Positions 13,701-27,700 of a DNA stretch of 64,000 nt are shown piece by piece (positions within the stretch are counted from its first letter, which is position 1; every line of letters starts with the position of its first letter). Below the pieces are notes generated by a model. The model was given only the letters and a program-made list of their open reading frames with translations, was not told the origin of the DNA and did not search any database. The DNA is from Phoronis australis (taxonomy: Eukaryota; Animalia; Phoronida): positions 124,001 through 188,000 of the forward strand of contig NMRA01000238.1 in the NCBI GenBank assembly GCA_002633005.1, given 5' to 3'. The position numbers and the translations under genes are program-made.

Positions 13701-16700
13701 TCCCATCTGAAGAACCAACAGATGAACAGATAATTTTTGGCAAAACCAATAACCCAAGGCGCCCTCTGTAGGTGGCTGGTTACCAAGTAAAACTGAGACT
13801 AGATCAGTTAGACTGTTTCAAAAAGAGGAGACATCTGGGCCCGGTCTCCAATCTTTTTACTCGAAATGGAACTCGAAATTAGGTTTGGCATTTTCTACTC
13901 TACTTTTGGGCGAAATCAAGATAAGTGACTATTATTCTATGATTGAGTACACAATAACTTACGTAGATAATTTATTGCCCTTAGTTCACAGTTTGTAAAC
14001 CTAATATTAAAGCAATAAGTTCGAGTTTGAACTCGAAATTTCGAGTTTTTACTCGAGTTTGTAGCACGAATATAAGGGTCTTCAAGGGCAAACTTGAACT
14101 AGAAACTCCTATGTATAAACTATAATGTATTCGAGCACAGTCTGATAACCAATTATCTTAAGTTCGCACAAAAGGAGCAGAGAAATTGCCAAAAATAGTT
14201 TCGAGTTCGTTTCGAGTACAAAGATTAGAGACCAGGCCCTGCTGTCTTCTTGATTGACATGTCTACCTACACTTCCTTAGATGCAGGCATTAAATAAAAT
14301 CCTTTTCATTGGAAAATTCTCCTGTCAGAAGGCCCAGACACCAGTCCTGAGGTGATTGAGGGCACTGCAGCATGTCTTGCGTGGAGTATTTTCAAATAGA
14401 TAGTAGACTGGCCATTCTTTGGTGTTTCAGTTTTTACAACTGAAGTGTTGAAAATGGAATTCAAAAATGACTGGACATTGCAAATGAACTGGGGGTATAC
14501 GTATTCACAATTTAATTTTTCATCCGCCTTTGGTATTTATTTACGCTCTAGAGATTGACCTAATTCTCTCTGCAAAGGGTTTGTCCAAGAATAGAGGCAA
14601 TTTTTTGTGACGGATGGAAACAATCGTGAAGATGATGGAGGCGAAGCAAAAACTAAATAAGAACTTGGTAAGAACATAACCTCTCCCCTCTCGGTAAATA
14701 CGTTCTTGACCTCAGAATTTCCTCAGCAAGCCAGCATTGCTCAAGTTTGCGGTACTAAAAATACAAATTTTTCACTTCAACAAAAATCAGTGGGGTTATG
14801 TGACATACAATTGCGGTGTTGGTATTCTGAAAGTTTGGCCAAAATAAGCGACTTGTACGAATTTTCCGTTATCCTGTGGAAACACTGCCATCTATTGTCT
14901 CAAAGATCCAAACTGTTCAAAAGCCAAACATCGAACAATTTTTGGCAAAGCCAAGAAGTGGCATTACACACCTCTCTGTGAGGCAACCAAGCAATAATCT
15001 GAGATAAACAAATACAACTATAACCATTGAACTGATTCTGATAGGGATGATGTAAAATGAACTTAACCAAATGGCAGAGGACATAAAAGAGAGTGGCAAG
15101 GTAACTTCTAAAAGACCACAAACCACCAAGATGAAAGGAAATGAAGTCAATTAGAAGATGAAAGCCCTATCTCAAATTGATCAGACATGCAGCAGGTAGG
15201 CCAAGCATAAGGAACCCAGTGATACTGCTTGATACTCAAGGTGTGGTAGTTTAAAACATCCAAGGAAAAGCATCAGATCTTGTGTAACTTAATATCCACC
15301 TAAATGTCAGTTGAACTATTTCCATTTAACCAACTTTTAAAACCCAGAAATCAGGCTACTATGGGCGTTTTTACGGCAAGAAAATTGTGCTCGCCATCTG
15401 TTGGCTGGAAACGTAGGTGTATTTCTCTGGAAACATTGCTTGGTTTCATTCTTCTAGGAAAACAGGTGACATACAATCCATGCAAGACATACCACAAACT
15501 TTTGAACATAAAAATGCCAACACCTCTTCGCTGTCCCCTATTGGAACCTCATTAATATCATCATTTCTCATCCAAAACAAGATCTTTGCAGCAAAACTCA
15601 GTATGCTACAACACAAATCTTTCACACTTGTCGTTCATTGAGTCTTGTACTTACTTTTTCTGACTTCCAGCACCTGAAAATATAAAAAAGACAATTTTAA
15701 ATTGATGAAATGCCCATCTCATAGTTTCACCATAAAGTTATATTAACTAATGCTACATAAATCTTAGATGGTCACAACTACCTATACAGCGATCACATGG
15801 TGTTCGATAAGAGAGTGGATTCTCAGTCTGAAAATTTTTCCCGTGAACGCTCATAATACGTCTGATCTGCCTTCTTATGATCATCCAACCACATTCTTAC
15901 CACGAGAAGGGTACATTCAATGCAAACTTGCAGTTCTCGAGTATAGTTGTTTACTTTCTGGTCTGTGCTACAACTCACTTTGAAACCTGTGCCTCGCTAT
16001 TTAAACAAAAAGTGACCGTCTACATCAACTTCGGCCAAGGTCTAACTTTCTTTTTCAAAAGCCATACCCTAGCAAGCAAGCGAGGCTTTAAATGATGTGG
16101 CTTCCTCCTACGTCCCTATATAGGTCACACATATTTTGCTCATGCAAAACCCACACCACAATACTCCTTCCTCATTGGCTAACCCACTTACTAGTCTCAC
16201 TCTTACAGCCAATCCCTTTGGCTGACCTACTAACCAGTCTCACTCTTTACCACCAATTCCTTTGGCTGTACATAGGCCTTTTTACTCAACTCGGCTCTTT
16301 CACAGGGAAACACTATTTTCCCACTCTCACAGAATCTATTCATCCTTTTTTTCATACTAATTCCACCACGCTGACCAGTTACACATTCATGTATACTCTA
16401 GCCAGGCACTTCAGTGCCTTATTTTGAATTATCGGTTGTTAATACTTCATTTACATCTCTCAATAGTTTTTTATGCTCCAAAGTGTTCTCCTACTTTCAG
16501 TGCCGATTTCCACACTTACTTTTGTTTCGCATTTTTCTTCATTATTTCCATTTTTAAGGGGTATTGCAAGGACAAGGACAGAGAGAGTGACAAGACCTTA
16601 CCATGACCAGCTGAAGGGGGATCATTTAAAATGAAAATAAATCCTATAGTGTAATTAAATGTTATTCCATGTATTCAATCCTGCTTAAAGCAAGAGCAAT

Positions 16701-18675
16701 TCTGGGGCGTCACTGGGTGCACTGCAAACGATATGTTCCTATGGGTTAGGCACAACAAGGTTACTACTGATCACAGATACAGCGGATCGCGAAGACAGAT
16801 CTCTGCAAACACAATATGAAAATGGCCGCCCACAAACTACTCGAGCTTATGACTAAATAGACACTGAATTTCATGAACATCAGACGAAAATGCCATCTCT
16901 AGAACAAATGTGATAGGCCAAGAAAATGCAGTTAGAAATAAGACACGATAAGAACAATCATTTCTTGCAATATAGTCTGGAGAATGGTAAGAAGTAGTGA
17001 GAAGCAAGTTACACAGTACTGACAGTGCTTGAAACGATCTATCCACATACCAAATTTCAGACAGATCCATCAAGGGATGCCAAAGATATGGCACAGAAAC
17101 TCCATTAATTAGAGAGCAGTCATCGAAACATCTCAAATAACTCCAGAATGGTAAGTTCTGGTACAAATCTGACGGCCTATGAAATGATTTATTCACAGAA
17201 AAAATCGGAATAATGCCTCCAGAGACAGCGAGCTGCCAAGCTATGGCTCAGGAAACCAAAATGATGAAAAATGGCTGCCACAATGCTATCTTGCTTCCTT
17301 TCCAATTTCAACCAAAAACAGTCCAGTCATTCATAAGACACATGTTGTGTAATTCCACACTTATAGGATAAGAAATGCTACCTGTAGGTTGCGAACAAAG
17401 AAAGAGACAACTACCATGACAGAACAAGACTTGGAGAAATTTCATTTCACCAAGGAAGAAACAAGGGCAGTGACTGATTCTTGAACCAGACCAGGAGGCC
17501 ATTAACATTCCAGAAGACACATGTTTATATGCTAACCCAGTTTAGCTAGAGAGATTCTATGGCAGATGGCACTGTAACAAGAAGAGAAAACCAAAACTCT
17601 TAAAATGTTACTAATATACACATTTCAAACACATCACGAATTTTGAGAGTGCCAGGAAGGCACCAGTCTAGCCTTTGGTACATGACCAAAAAGACCAATT
17701 ACAGGTATCGTATTTAGTTTGCGGTAGTGGCCAAAAGGCAATAGTATGTTTTTTGTACATGCGCTAGTGATCTGCTTGTTTTAATGCGCTAGACACGCTT
17801 GTTTTAAACATGCTTGCAGATCCACAGCATTAACGTCTCCTTCATTGTTACAAACAGGTGTAGAAATATGAAAGTCCAGCATCAAAACCAAGAAAACTCA
17901 GTTCAGCCAAGTACCAATAACTGTTAACAAAGAGACAAGACTCTTACAACCACCAGTAAACACATGTACCCAGGAGAACATCAGTTGGAAAAAATGCCAG
18001 TGGTTCATCTAACTGCCACAACAGATAAAATCAAGATCAGTCTGCCCACTACATCTTCCAAGTTTTCCCAGAATGCACCTTTCACCAGAGGACTTTGGAT
18101 GTGATATACAGTAACCCCCAAAACAGTCCAGCAGAGTCTCTGCTGGACTGTGTTCTGGAATGGGATTCCTGAAAACTATCCTCCACAATGGGATCATAAA
18201 AAGGTCACTGGACTAGTACCTAGGTGACCTTTTTATGATCCCGTTGTGGAGGATAGTTCTCAGGAATCCCATTCCAGAACCTCAGCCTGAGAGCTTAGAC
18301 CCCCCCCCCCTGTAGCTTATGACCTCATGAAGTAAATCATACTCTTGAATTAATGTGCATCCAGACTGCCCATTTGTACACACATTAGGATAGAAAAAAC
18401 AAAGTGCTTCTTGCTCTAAACTGATAAGTTTACAACCTGCTAAATACCAAGCTAAATACTTCCCCAGAAACCCTGCTGGGAGACCATGAGCCTGTGATGA
18501 CAAGACCAGACATGGTGGACAGTGGTCAGTGTCAGACCAGAACAGCAGGTGCATTAGTTGTCAAAACCAACAGTCATGGTGCTGTTGGTAATTACTATAT
18601 ATATAGTTCATAATACATTGATTTGAGTTAAAGTTTGGCAAAACATCAACTGAACACAAAGGAATGAGTAAAGCA

Positions 18676-18717
<42 letters not shown>

Positions 18718-21700
18718 TAGCAGTACCAATATTAATAATTATACAAGAAGAATTTCTATAAAAACAATACTAATAATTTGCATAATTAGGATGACAAGCA
18801 ATTTCACTTGTTAAGCGAGGCTTCGTTGAAAAGAAAAGTTTTAGTAAGGTATTTACACTTAAGAATGCAGCAATAGTTGGACATAGGTGGATCTGATGTT
18901 GTACAGTATGAAGCCACCAAAGATAAGCAGGTGCACTGACTCTATTCAATGCTTATCTTTGGGAGAGGGAGGGCAACCAATGTGGAGATCAGAAAGAATG
19001 TATAGTATGCGACAATACTTTGTTTGGTGACTGACAATGCTTCTACAAAATTTAATACCTTCGGCAACCTATTTAGCAGACTCGGGCAAACCCTGATAGA
19101 TGGAATTGCAATAGTCCAAACAAAAAAATGATAAATGTATCATGGACAAGTTTGGCACATACATCTGGTATTCTGGATTTCCTAATGGTGCCAATATTTT
19201 TCAGGTGGCAGTTGGTAGTCTTAACAGAATGGCTAACATGGTCAACCATAGACATTATGTTGTCAGTGGTTGGTAGTCTTAACAGAATGGCGAACATGGT
19301 CAACCATAGACATGTTGTCAGTGGTGATCCCAAGATGATGGTTGATTTGTGGTAATGGGGAAAAACTAATATAATTTCATTTTTTATAAACGGAATAGGA
19401 TCTTTTACATTAGGGATAGAGTGAACGACATTATTCTTAATGTGAAATGAAAAATAAATATAAAGTAGTCAGCATCAAATTGGTTACATAATCCGTGAGT
19501 TCTCACAAAGTCAAATAAAGGCCACACACATACAGACCTCAAACTGATACCAAATTGGTGGAACTGTATGTCCAACAATAACTCTTAAGCAGGATGTCAC
19601 AAATACAGTTCCATCAGGACAGAACGACACCAATGACCCACAGGACTTCCTCTAGCAAGAATCAAGAGCCAGTGGTCAGACNCCCCCCCCCCCCCCCCCC
19701 CGCAGCATTAACACAATCCCATCTGTTCATCTAAATCACAAAGGTTGTCATTAGCAATTACAGGACTGAGCTGATCCAGAATCATAGCCAGAGAGGAACT
19801 GACAAAGGAGAAATATAAGGAACATTATCATTCCTCCCCTCCAGATCTGCACCATAACATCCACCAATCAGTTAAAGCTAGAGAACACTACATTCCTCCC
19901 CTCAGGATCTGCACCTGAACATCGGTCACAGTCCATAAGAATACAGTGTGGAAGAAGAAGGCCTATGCCAAGGTACTGGCTGTTTAGACTGAAACTGATG
20001 ACAAAATCTCACAAGAACTTACTGAACAGTTTAAGCTTGCCTGACACCAACATGCTCCCAGAACACACAGTCTGTCTCAACTACCAACATAAACAATCAT
20101 AAATAATCTCAGCTGCACTTTTGAGCAGAACCAAAGGATGGCCAACCAAACTATACTAAATCCTAAATTCTTATGCCATGGGAATTAACTTCTAGCCAAA
20201 AAGCTCTTCAGCAAGGGACTCAAAATCTTCAAGAGATGAAACAACCCTTAACTTGATGTCTGTGGATTACGCTCAAAGTCTTGTGTAAATAAGACTCATT
20301 ATGGATCTTCCAGCATAGCATTTACATCATGTTTGTTTACATGTGGAACACAACTTACACAACTTTTCCAACCTATATAATTGGTCAAAAGTATTAGTGG
20401 TCTGCAAGTCAGGTTTCAATTGAACACTCAAGAAAATCCCTTTTTAACAAAGGCTTCAATCTCGTGATGAAGAACAAGGAATGACTGTTTAATCACCAAA
20501 AACATCCAACATTTACAATTCAACTTCCACTTTGACATAACTCTGAGAAAATGCAAGTGTGTCAGAAATCCAGCAAACATCAACAGAAGGTCATTTGCAA
20601 TAACGAGAAACCTAATCTGGTTGAAGTCATGTCCTCAAGTAGCCTCAGTGAATTAGTGGTTCCACCATTTTGACACCTCAGTTAGTTCACTCCAATTCAC
20701 ACCTGAGAGCAGCAGCTGAGTCAATTCAACAAATGAGTTTTCATTCACAGTCATTTTTCACCTCTCATCACATGGTAGGAGGGATACTCACCTTCAAAAT
20801 TGAGCGCAATATTTGCATTGGATTCACCGAAACTGTTCTTTGCCGTCACTTTGTAATCACCACCGTCGCTGGCAGCGATGTCCGAAATCTGGCACCTCAA
20901 GACGTACTCCGCACCTTCCCTGTCCAAAGTCAGCCTGTACCTCCCACCAGAGGTCAGCACCTGCCCACCCTTGTACCACGTGACCTGCGGTGCAGGATCG
21001 GCTGTTAGGCGACATTCGAAGAGAATCTTGTTCCCCGGCTCTTGGCGAATACTTGGCTTGCCAGTAAACTTGGGCGCGCTGCCCTTAGGAGCTGCCATGC
21101 CTGCAAAGAATAGGAATGGAAACATTCAATCAAGCACCATAAATGACAAATAGCCAACTTTAGTCATCAAGGCTGCAATGAAGCCCAAACGCCATACACC
21201 TAACTTCATATTCCAGATGACACCAGTTTTCAGAGACCTCATACCAATCGTTCTTTGGTTACTCGCAAAGCTCAGTTTTTGTCCGATGTCCTGACACAAA
21301 CGTCAATTATCTACCATGCTGAATGAATAAATTAATGTAAACACGCATTAGCTGTTGTCAACAAATAAAAACCCATGGCATCATTTGGGCAATTTTTATC
21401 GTATTTCTTCTGCAAAAGAAGGATTCTACACTAACTATTCACGAGGAATTTTATTTCAGAAGCTAAAAAAGTTCAAAAAGTAAGTTTCTTTCCTTGACAT
21501 TTCAGTTTATTTCAGCCAGTATTTTATTGCTGGGAAGACATTGCTAATGTGATAATTGCCCAGTACAACACAATAGGAGCTTCTCAACTGTGGCCACCGA
21601 TTTTCCCCAGCTGATGTAGAAAAGCATTGTTCAGCTACAAGACACCATTGGACGGCCCAATTATCTAATAACTAATACTGTTGTACTCCCCCTGGGCATA

Positions 21701-24700
21701 GAAACTGAAAAATCCACTATAGGCAGGATGAACATTAAGCAGTTGGGATGGGCAATTATACAGACTGACAACTTTGGATTTATGACTTATAAAATTTCCT
21801 GCAGGTGAATAATGTGGTTTGAATAGCTGAAAAGAGCATTCCTGAGGATATAGCAGTATAAAGACTACCGTACTCGTCTGGGTTACCGCCCATGCTTGGC
21901 TTAGCGCCCACCCCCAATTTTTATGATTGAGACCTCCTTGAAAGTGTGTGTGCCTTTGTGAACGTTCGTCTTGCAAAAGTAATGTGCGCAACTCGCTTAC
22001 TTTTCAATGACAATCAATCAGTTTTAGCTGAACCGGGAACTTGTCATACTATGGCGGTAAAATACCCGAATTCTCATGCTCTTTACTGAAGGAGACACAA
22101 ATGTTTCCTTTCGCTCACACGCAAAACTTGTGTCAGCATGTACTGATCACTGAGACAATACTTGTCGAATGTATTTCATTGCCGTGGAAGAACCATCAAA
22201 TCGGTACTTGACAAGAATTTCAAGTCCGTGGCCTACCTTTCTGGATTCCCCGTCACAGTACACGAAACATCACCACCTTGGGCAATGAAATAAAAAAAAA
22301 ACACGAGCACACTTCGGCTGGTACATGACCAACAATTTTGGAAACTCCATGGACATTATTTTGGATGCATTGTTTTGAGTACAAGCAGATACGGGCCATT
22401 GTTTAGTGTCTTCAGTAAAGCATATTTTTAATGACTCACTCCAGACACCACTAGGGATACTGATATCCGCTGCAGATATATACTTCCACTACAGGTACTC
22501 ATATGTGCTGCAGATATATACTTCCACTACGAGTACTGATATTGCCATGGATTTATCTCTTTTCACAACTTGTAATGTTTGGGAACACAGAGGCGTGAGA
22601 CGACTCGTAGTATTCGTTCTCAATGTTCATATGCATGCAGACACGCAACTCTCTCAGGATCAAAGCTACGTTTTGCCTTCGTTTTCCCCGGCACTGTTGT
22701 ATCATATGTACACATCGTTGAGGCAATATTATGGCAACTTGGTGAATGAAAGGACTGAGGGTACCAATACGGAGCTTCTGTGCCTGGCAGGAGATTCGAT
22801 TTGAGTGACAGCCCCGTAACCTTTGACCTCAAATAAGTAGAAAACTACTTTCCACGCGGTTGTGCGGATCCAAGGTGGTTCTGCTAAATCTTTTTATCTC
22901 ACTACACAGTATATATTTCGTATTTGAAGTTGTTGGAGAATGAAGATAAGTTATTTTGCTAAACATATGTGAAATATAAGGTTTGAGATATCATTAACCA
23001 TGTTCACTATTTCAACATTCATTCACAATGTGAACTAAATTTGCAATGCATAATTAACTTAATTATCACTAAAGCGTTTTAATTTTATGACGATACACAT
23101 TCTACTTTATGTAGTACACAGAATAATTATTGATGGGGCCGCAAGTGCCCGAATAACAAGTTGGTGGAGGGGAGGAACAATATCAGAGGACCAATGAAAC
23201 AAGTGGAGTGAAGAGTTATCATTCTCAGAACCACTGGCGCTTATTAATAGCAAGCAACTCAGTTCTCCACTTTTAATACACTCCACCATCTCAGCTTCAG
23301 CTTTAAAGGGCAAGGAAACTCAATCTGACGAACAACACAACATCCCATTCACTTTAAATGTTAATCTATTGCCCCCAAGGTTCGTTGCCCAGTTCCCAGC
23401 GTTTTAGCAAATTACTGACCACCAAGGTATCCTAAATTACATTTTGCCAGAGTTAAGGGTAAATTTTATGGTGAATTCTCAAGATGGACAGCCTGTCAGT
23501 CCATGAGACAGCAGTCATAAACAGTTGTAGTTTGCAATCTCCTCACAGCACTTCATGCGAAATTAATTTGATCAAATTGGAATGCAACAAGAACACCCCA
23601 GAGCATTGACATAAGCCCACTGTGCATGAGGCAGCTCATACATTACATTTAGGGGTTTATTACACCAATGCCTAGGTGAGTTTAAGCCAGACTGAAACTA
23701 AACCATCGTAATTTATTCACAAATTAATGTGCACTGCATGACTTTAACCAGGCTGCTGAAGAAAATCTATGCGCTAATTTTTCTTATAAAGCATCGAATT
23801 TAAAAATTTGAAGACTGCTGATATTTACTTTTCAATTTTAAGCAGTCATGATGGCCATTTGCTTAACTTTGTTTGTTTATTGACTTTTAAAGTAGTACAA
23901 CCTCAATTATCTCTTCCAATACACATTTGCCCAAGCCCATGACTACAGACTAGCTCACTTCAATCTGTGACAGCATCATCAAGTCTTTGATGTGCTGAGG
24001 AGTTTGGTGGATACTGTGAGGTGAACAGTGCATGCTTTCTTGTCCACTTGCGTGCAGGGAGTAATGCTAGCGAACTTAGCCTCAAGAGGGTGTAAAGAAA
24101 GTCAGCAATATTCTCCTTAGAAGCAACATACCTACCACCCTTCATCATGATTCTTCACACATTTTGGAAGATGGGGAAGCAGACAACAAAGAATTTAAAA
24201 ACAATAAAAACGCCTCTAAGGAAAGCAACAGAAGTCAATTCCACTCTAAAACAGGGCTTGTGCCATCGCCAACGTGAAAGTAACTTATTTGACAAATTTC
24301 AAGAACACCCATCAAGGGATTTGGTCCATTGTTCAGCGTTCCTGTGCTTGTTTGTTGGAAAACACTAGCAGGCCAATTATCTACCACTCTTCAAAGAGTT
24401 ACTAAAACCATTTATAAATAGGTACCTGAGAACTGAAACCCAAGAGATCTAGTTTGGCTAATTTTTGTAGTATTTCTTTGGGTAAAATTGATTTTAACTC
24501 TCCAAGAGGAATTCATTTCAAAAATCACCAGTCTTACTCCATGATAAATCACTTTATTTTAACCAATGGTTTATTTCTGCATAACTAATGCAGTAATTGC
24601 TCAATTCCACACAATACGACCTTAGATCAGATTTCCTGAGGAGGCCCCCTCTCCCCATGGGTATAGCGGGAACTGCCTCCAAATCTAATGCCAAAAGTAC

Positions 24701-27700
24701 AAGGTTCCATGAGAATTTCTAATGATTTGAATGGTCAACCCTAGCAATTTCAATTCAGTGGTCTAACTCCTCAAGATATTTAAGCCAGTAGCTAGCTGGG
24801 AATAGTTATGGTGACTTCTGATTACCAAATTTTCTTATCTGTTAGTTAAGGAATGTTAGGACGCCTCTTTATATTGGTTATGCATGTCTGAACACCGCTT
24901 GATTCAACCTTTATTTTGCAAAAAAAACAGATGCCAAACTTGTATTTTTAGATCAACTACATTGCTGCAAATACAAGTGCAAACTTCAAGCCATTCTGAT
25001 GATTAAGGCTAATATTTCTTGTTGTTTATTTTCGTTGAGAAATAAGTTTCACTATTTAAGTAACAAGAGGAGATTTACAGTGTAATTTGAGGCAGTTACA
25101 GACAAAAAGTGAGAGATGAAGAACAGCATGATTTTCACTTAACACATTCCGAAGTTTCCACAGAACTAATTTTATCTAACTACAGACGAAGATCCAGACA
25201 CGACGAACTCAATGAGTCAGTACTTCGAAACACAAAACATAACGCACTTCACTCCACTAGCTTTAAAAATAATAACACCTCCACAAAATTCCCCAGAAGA
25301 GTTGCTCAAATTAAAATTAGCCACACGTCTATCTTTTCGGACACTCAAGGATTCAAAATGTCTTAGTAGAGAAATGTTTTGGAAAAAATCCTGATTTACA
25401 GAAAACCTTGGCACTTTTAAGATTCCATGGAAACAAAATGTGATTAGTTTAACACTAGTAATGTAGGGTAATTCTTCTACATTCAACACCACATTCCGAA
25501 GTGAAAGTGTTTTAAAAGTGACAGTTGCATGCAAAAATTTTCACCCAAAATATACCGAGCCAGACTGTTTATTTCATCCCCAATTACAGTTATCTTAATT
25601 TCATGCTTTCTAAAGCAACACTGCTATGCCAACTGAACAAACATCCTCTAGAAACTGCGACTGAGAGGGGCAATAAATCCAAACCTTCTGTTGTAAAAAC
25701 ATTCATTTCAGCCACACATAACATATAATCCCTCACATCTTGTTCCTTACACAGATTGAAAATAATTTCTAAGTTTGAGAAGTGACATTTCATTAGTGCT
25801 TCAGAGTAGACCCATTAACATACTCCTCACCTATGATTCACTTCAGCTACTAACAACAGTATGGACATCACATGGGAATGCCATCAGATTTAATGCAACC
25901 AATTTCAATTCAAGTAAAGGCTAAAAATACAACGAGGTTGCTTTGGAAGTGCAAATACAGCGGTCACGAAGAATGTTCATAGAGCCTTGAACCACTCAGT
26001 CAGACCAACCTCTGAAGATGTGTACCCTGGGTGGACACAACAACACCTCACGTGCAATAGGAATGACCACCTATATGTATGACTCTATACAGTTATCATA
26101 GTCAATGCACATCTTGGTATATCAAGTAAGACCACTGGTATGTTGGACCTGCCATGACTTAAGACTGATTGCTTGCGTTATTATCTGTTTAGCCATTTAT
26201 ATATGAAGACCCCTTTGAAGTGTTACCAATAATAAATTGTTAGTGCATGTGTAATTAAATTCGCTTTCCCGGCCAGTAACATAATCTACACTGTATACAC
26301 CCCCAATTCTGAAATCACTTTTTAAACAATCCATAGTGGATGCCCATAAATATCTCAGCAGTAGGTTCTCTTCCGTTAATGGGTAAGGCGGGGAGGGGGG
26401 GTACCTCAGCCCAATGCAAGTCAGACAAATGCAATATATTAATTTTACCGACTGAAGAAACACCCTATCTATACTGAATCAATACTAGCCACCATTAACA
26501 CTCATTCCCCGGTCGCCGCAAAGCCAAATTATCTATCTAATACCATACCTATGAGGAAAAAACACTGCCAGACATCAGTTGGTAGCACCAAACTACCAAC
26601 CCCTTATATGGGAGAGCTCCATCCAGGCATCTTGGATACAACTTTGGTTTACTAATTAGCCAATGGTCTAATTGATTGCAATCTAAAAAATGCCCAAAAG
26701 AAAATGCAAAAAACATTTGACCTTTGAATTAACGCACATGAAAAGTAGCTTCAAACAACTCAAAGGTCAACTGGATGCCTACGCAGGTTGAAACAAGACA
26801 AAATCACTCCAAACAGAAAATAATTTGAAAGGTTACTCTACATTAGAATGCTCAACCCAAGGATAACAATCAGAGTCAAGAAGGTGCAGGTCATTTGGTA
26901 ACAGGCCTTCAGCTACGTAACAATCATAAGTGTATGCATGTAGAGGAGGGTTAAGGCCATGTTAATGAATAAGCAGATGAAACAAGCTGCACCTCTTTTG
27001 CATGTCACTCTCAACATTTTGAAAAATTAGAGTTTGCCATCTGTGCAGACAGTATGGATGAGTACAGTCACACTCCAAATGTAGACAGACTGAGACTTGG
27101 CACAAGTTCTTCAGCCACTTATCAAACAACTGTAATAGTTTCAGTTTGAATGCCATGTCAGTGAACCATCTTATAGTAATTCAATAAACCCACAAACGAC
27201 TTACCTTAACTATGGCGAAATGTTTCGAAATTTAACTCCCAACTCCAAAGTTAAGCAATAATCCAAGGGAAGCTTCAGACAGTCGATAACAAAATCCACG
27301 CTGGCCAGGAATCGTAATAACAGACACACAAGCTCTTCACAAACCCAATGAAGAAGACAGCCGCTAAAGAAGAGCAGACTCCAGTTTTTTTCGTAATTAG
27401 CCACTTTTTATTTTGCACACCTGACCTCGGTGATGGTAAAGAGTGGCGGCTGATTGGCCAGCTATTTAAAGATTGGCATTTCACCAGTAAGTTTCATCCA
27501 TACCACTACACAAGATAGCATCCTGATTGGTCAAGAGGTCTTTCAAGCAAATTCCACAGAAATTTTCACTTCATACATGTAATTACACTGCACAGCAGAG
27601 TCACTCATCAACATTAGTTAGCTAGCATAAGCACAGGTCTTCAAAAGTATAAGAGTACTTGGTGAAAGGCCACTGTCAAGGTTAGACAGCATTTGCAGGA

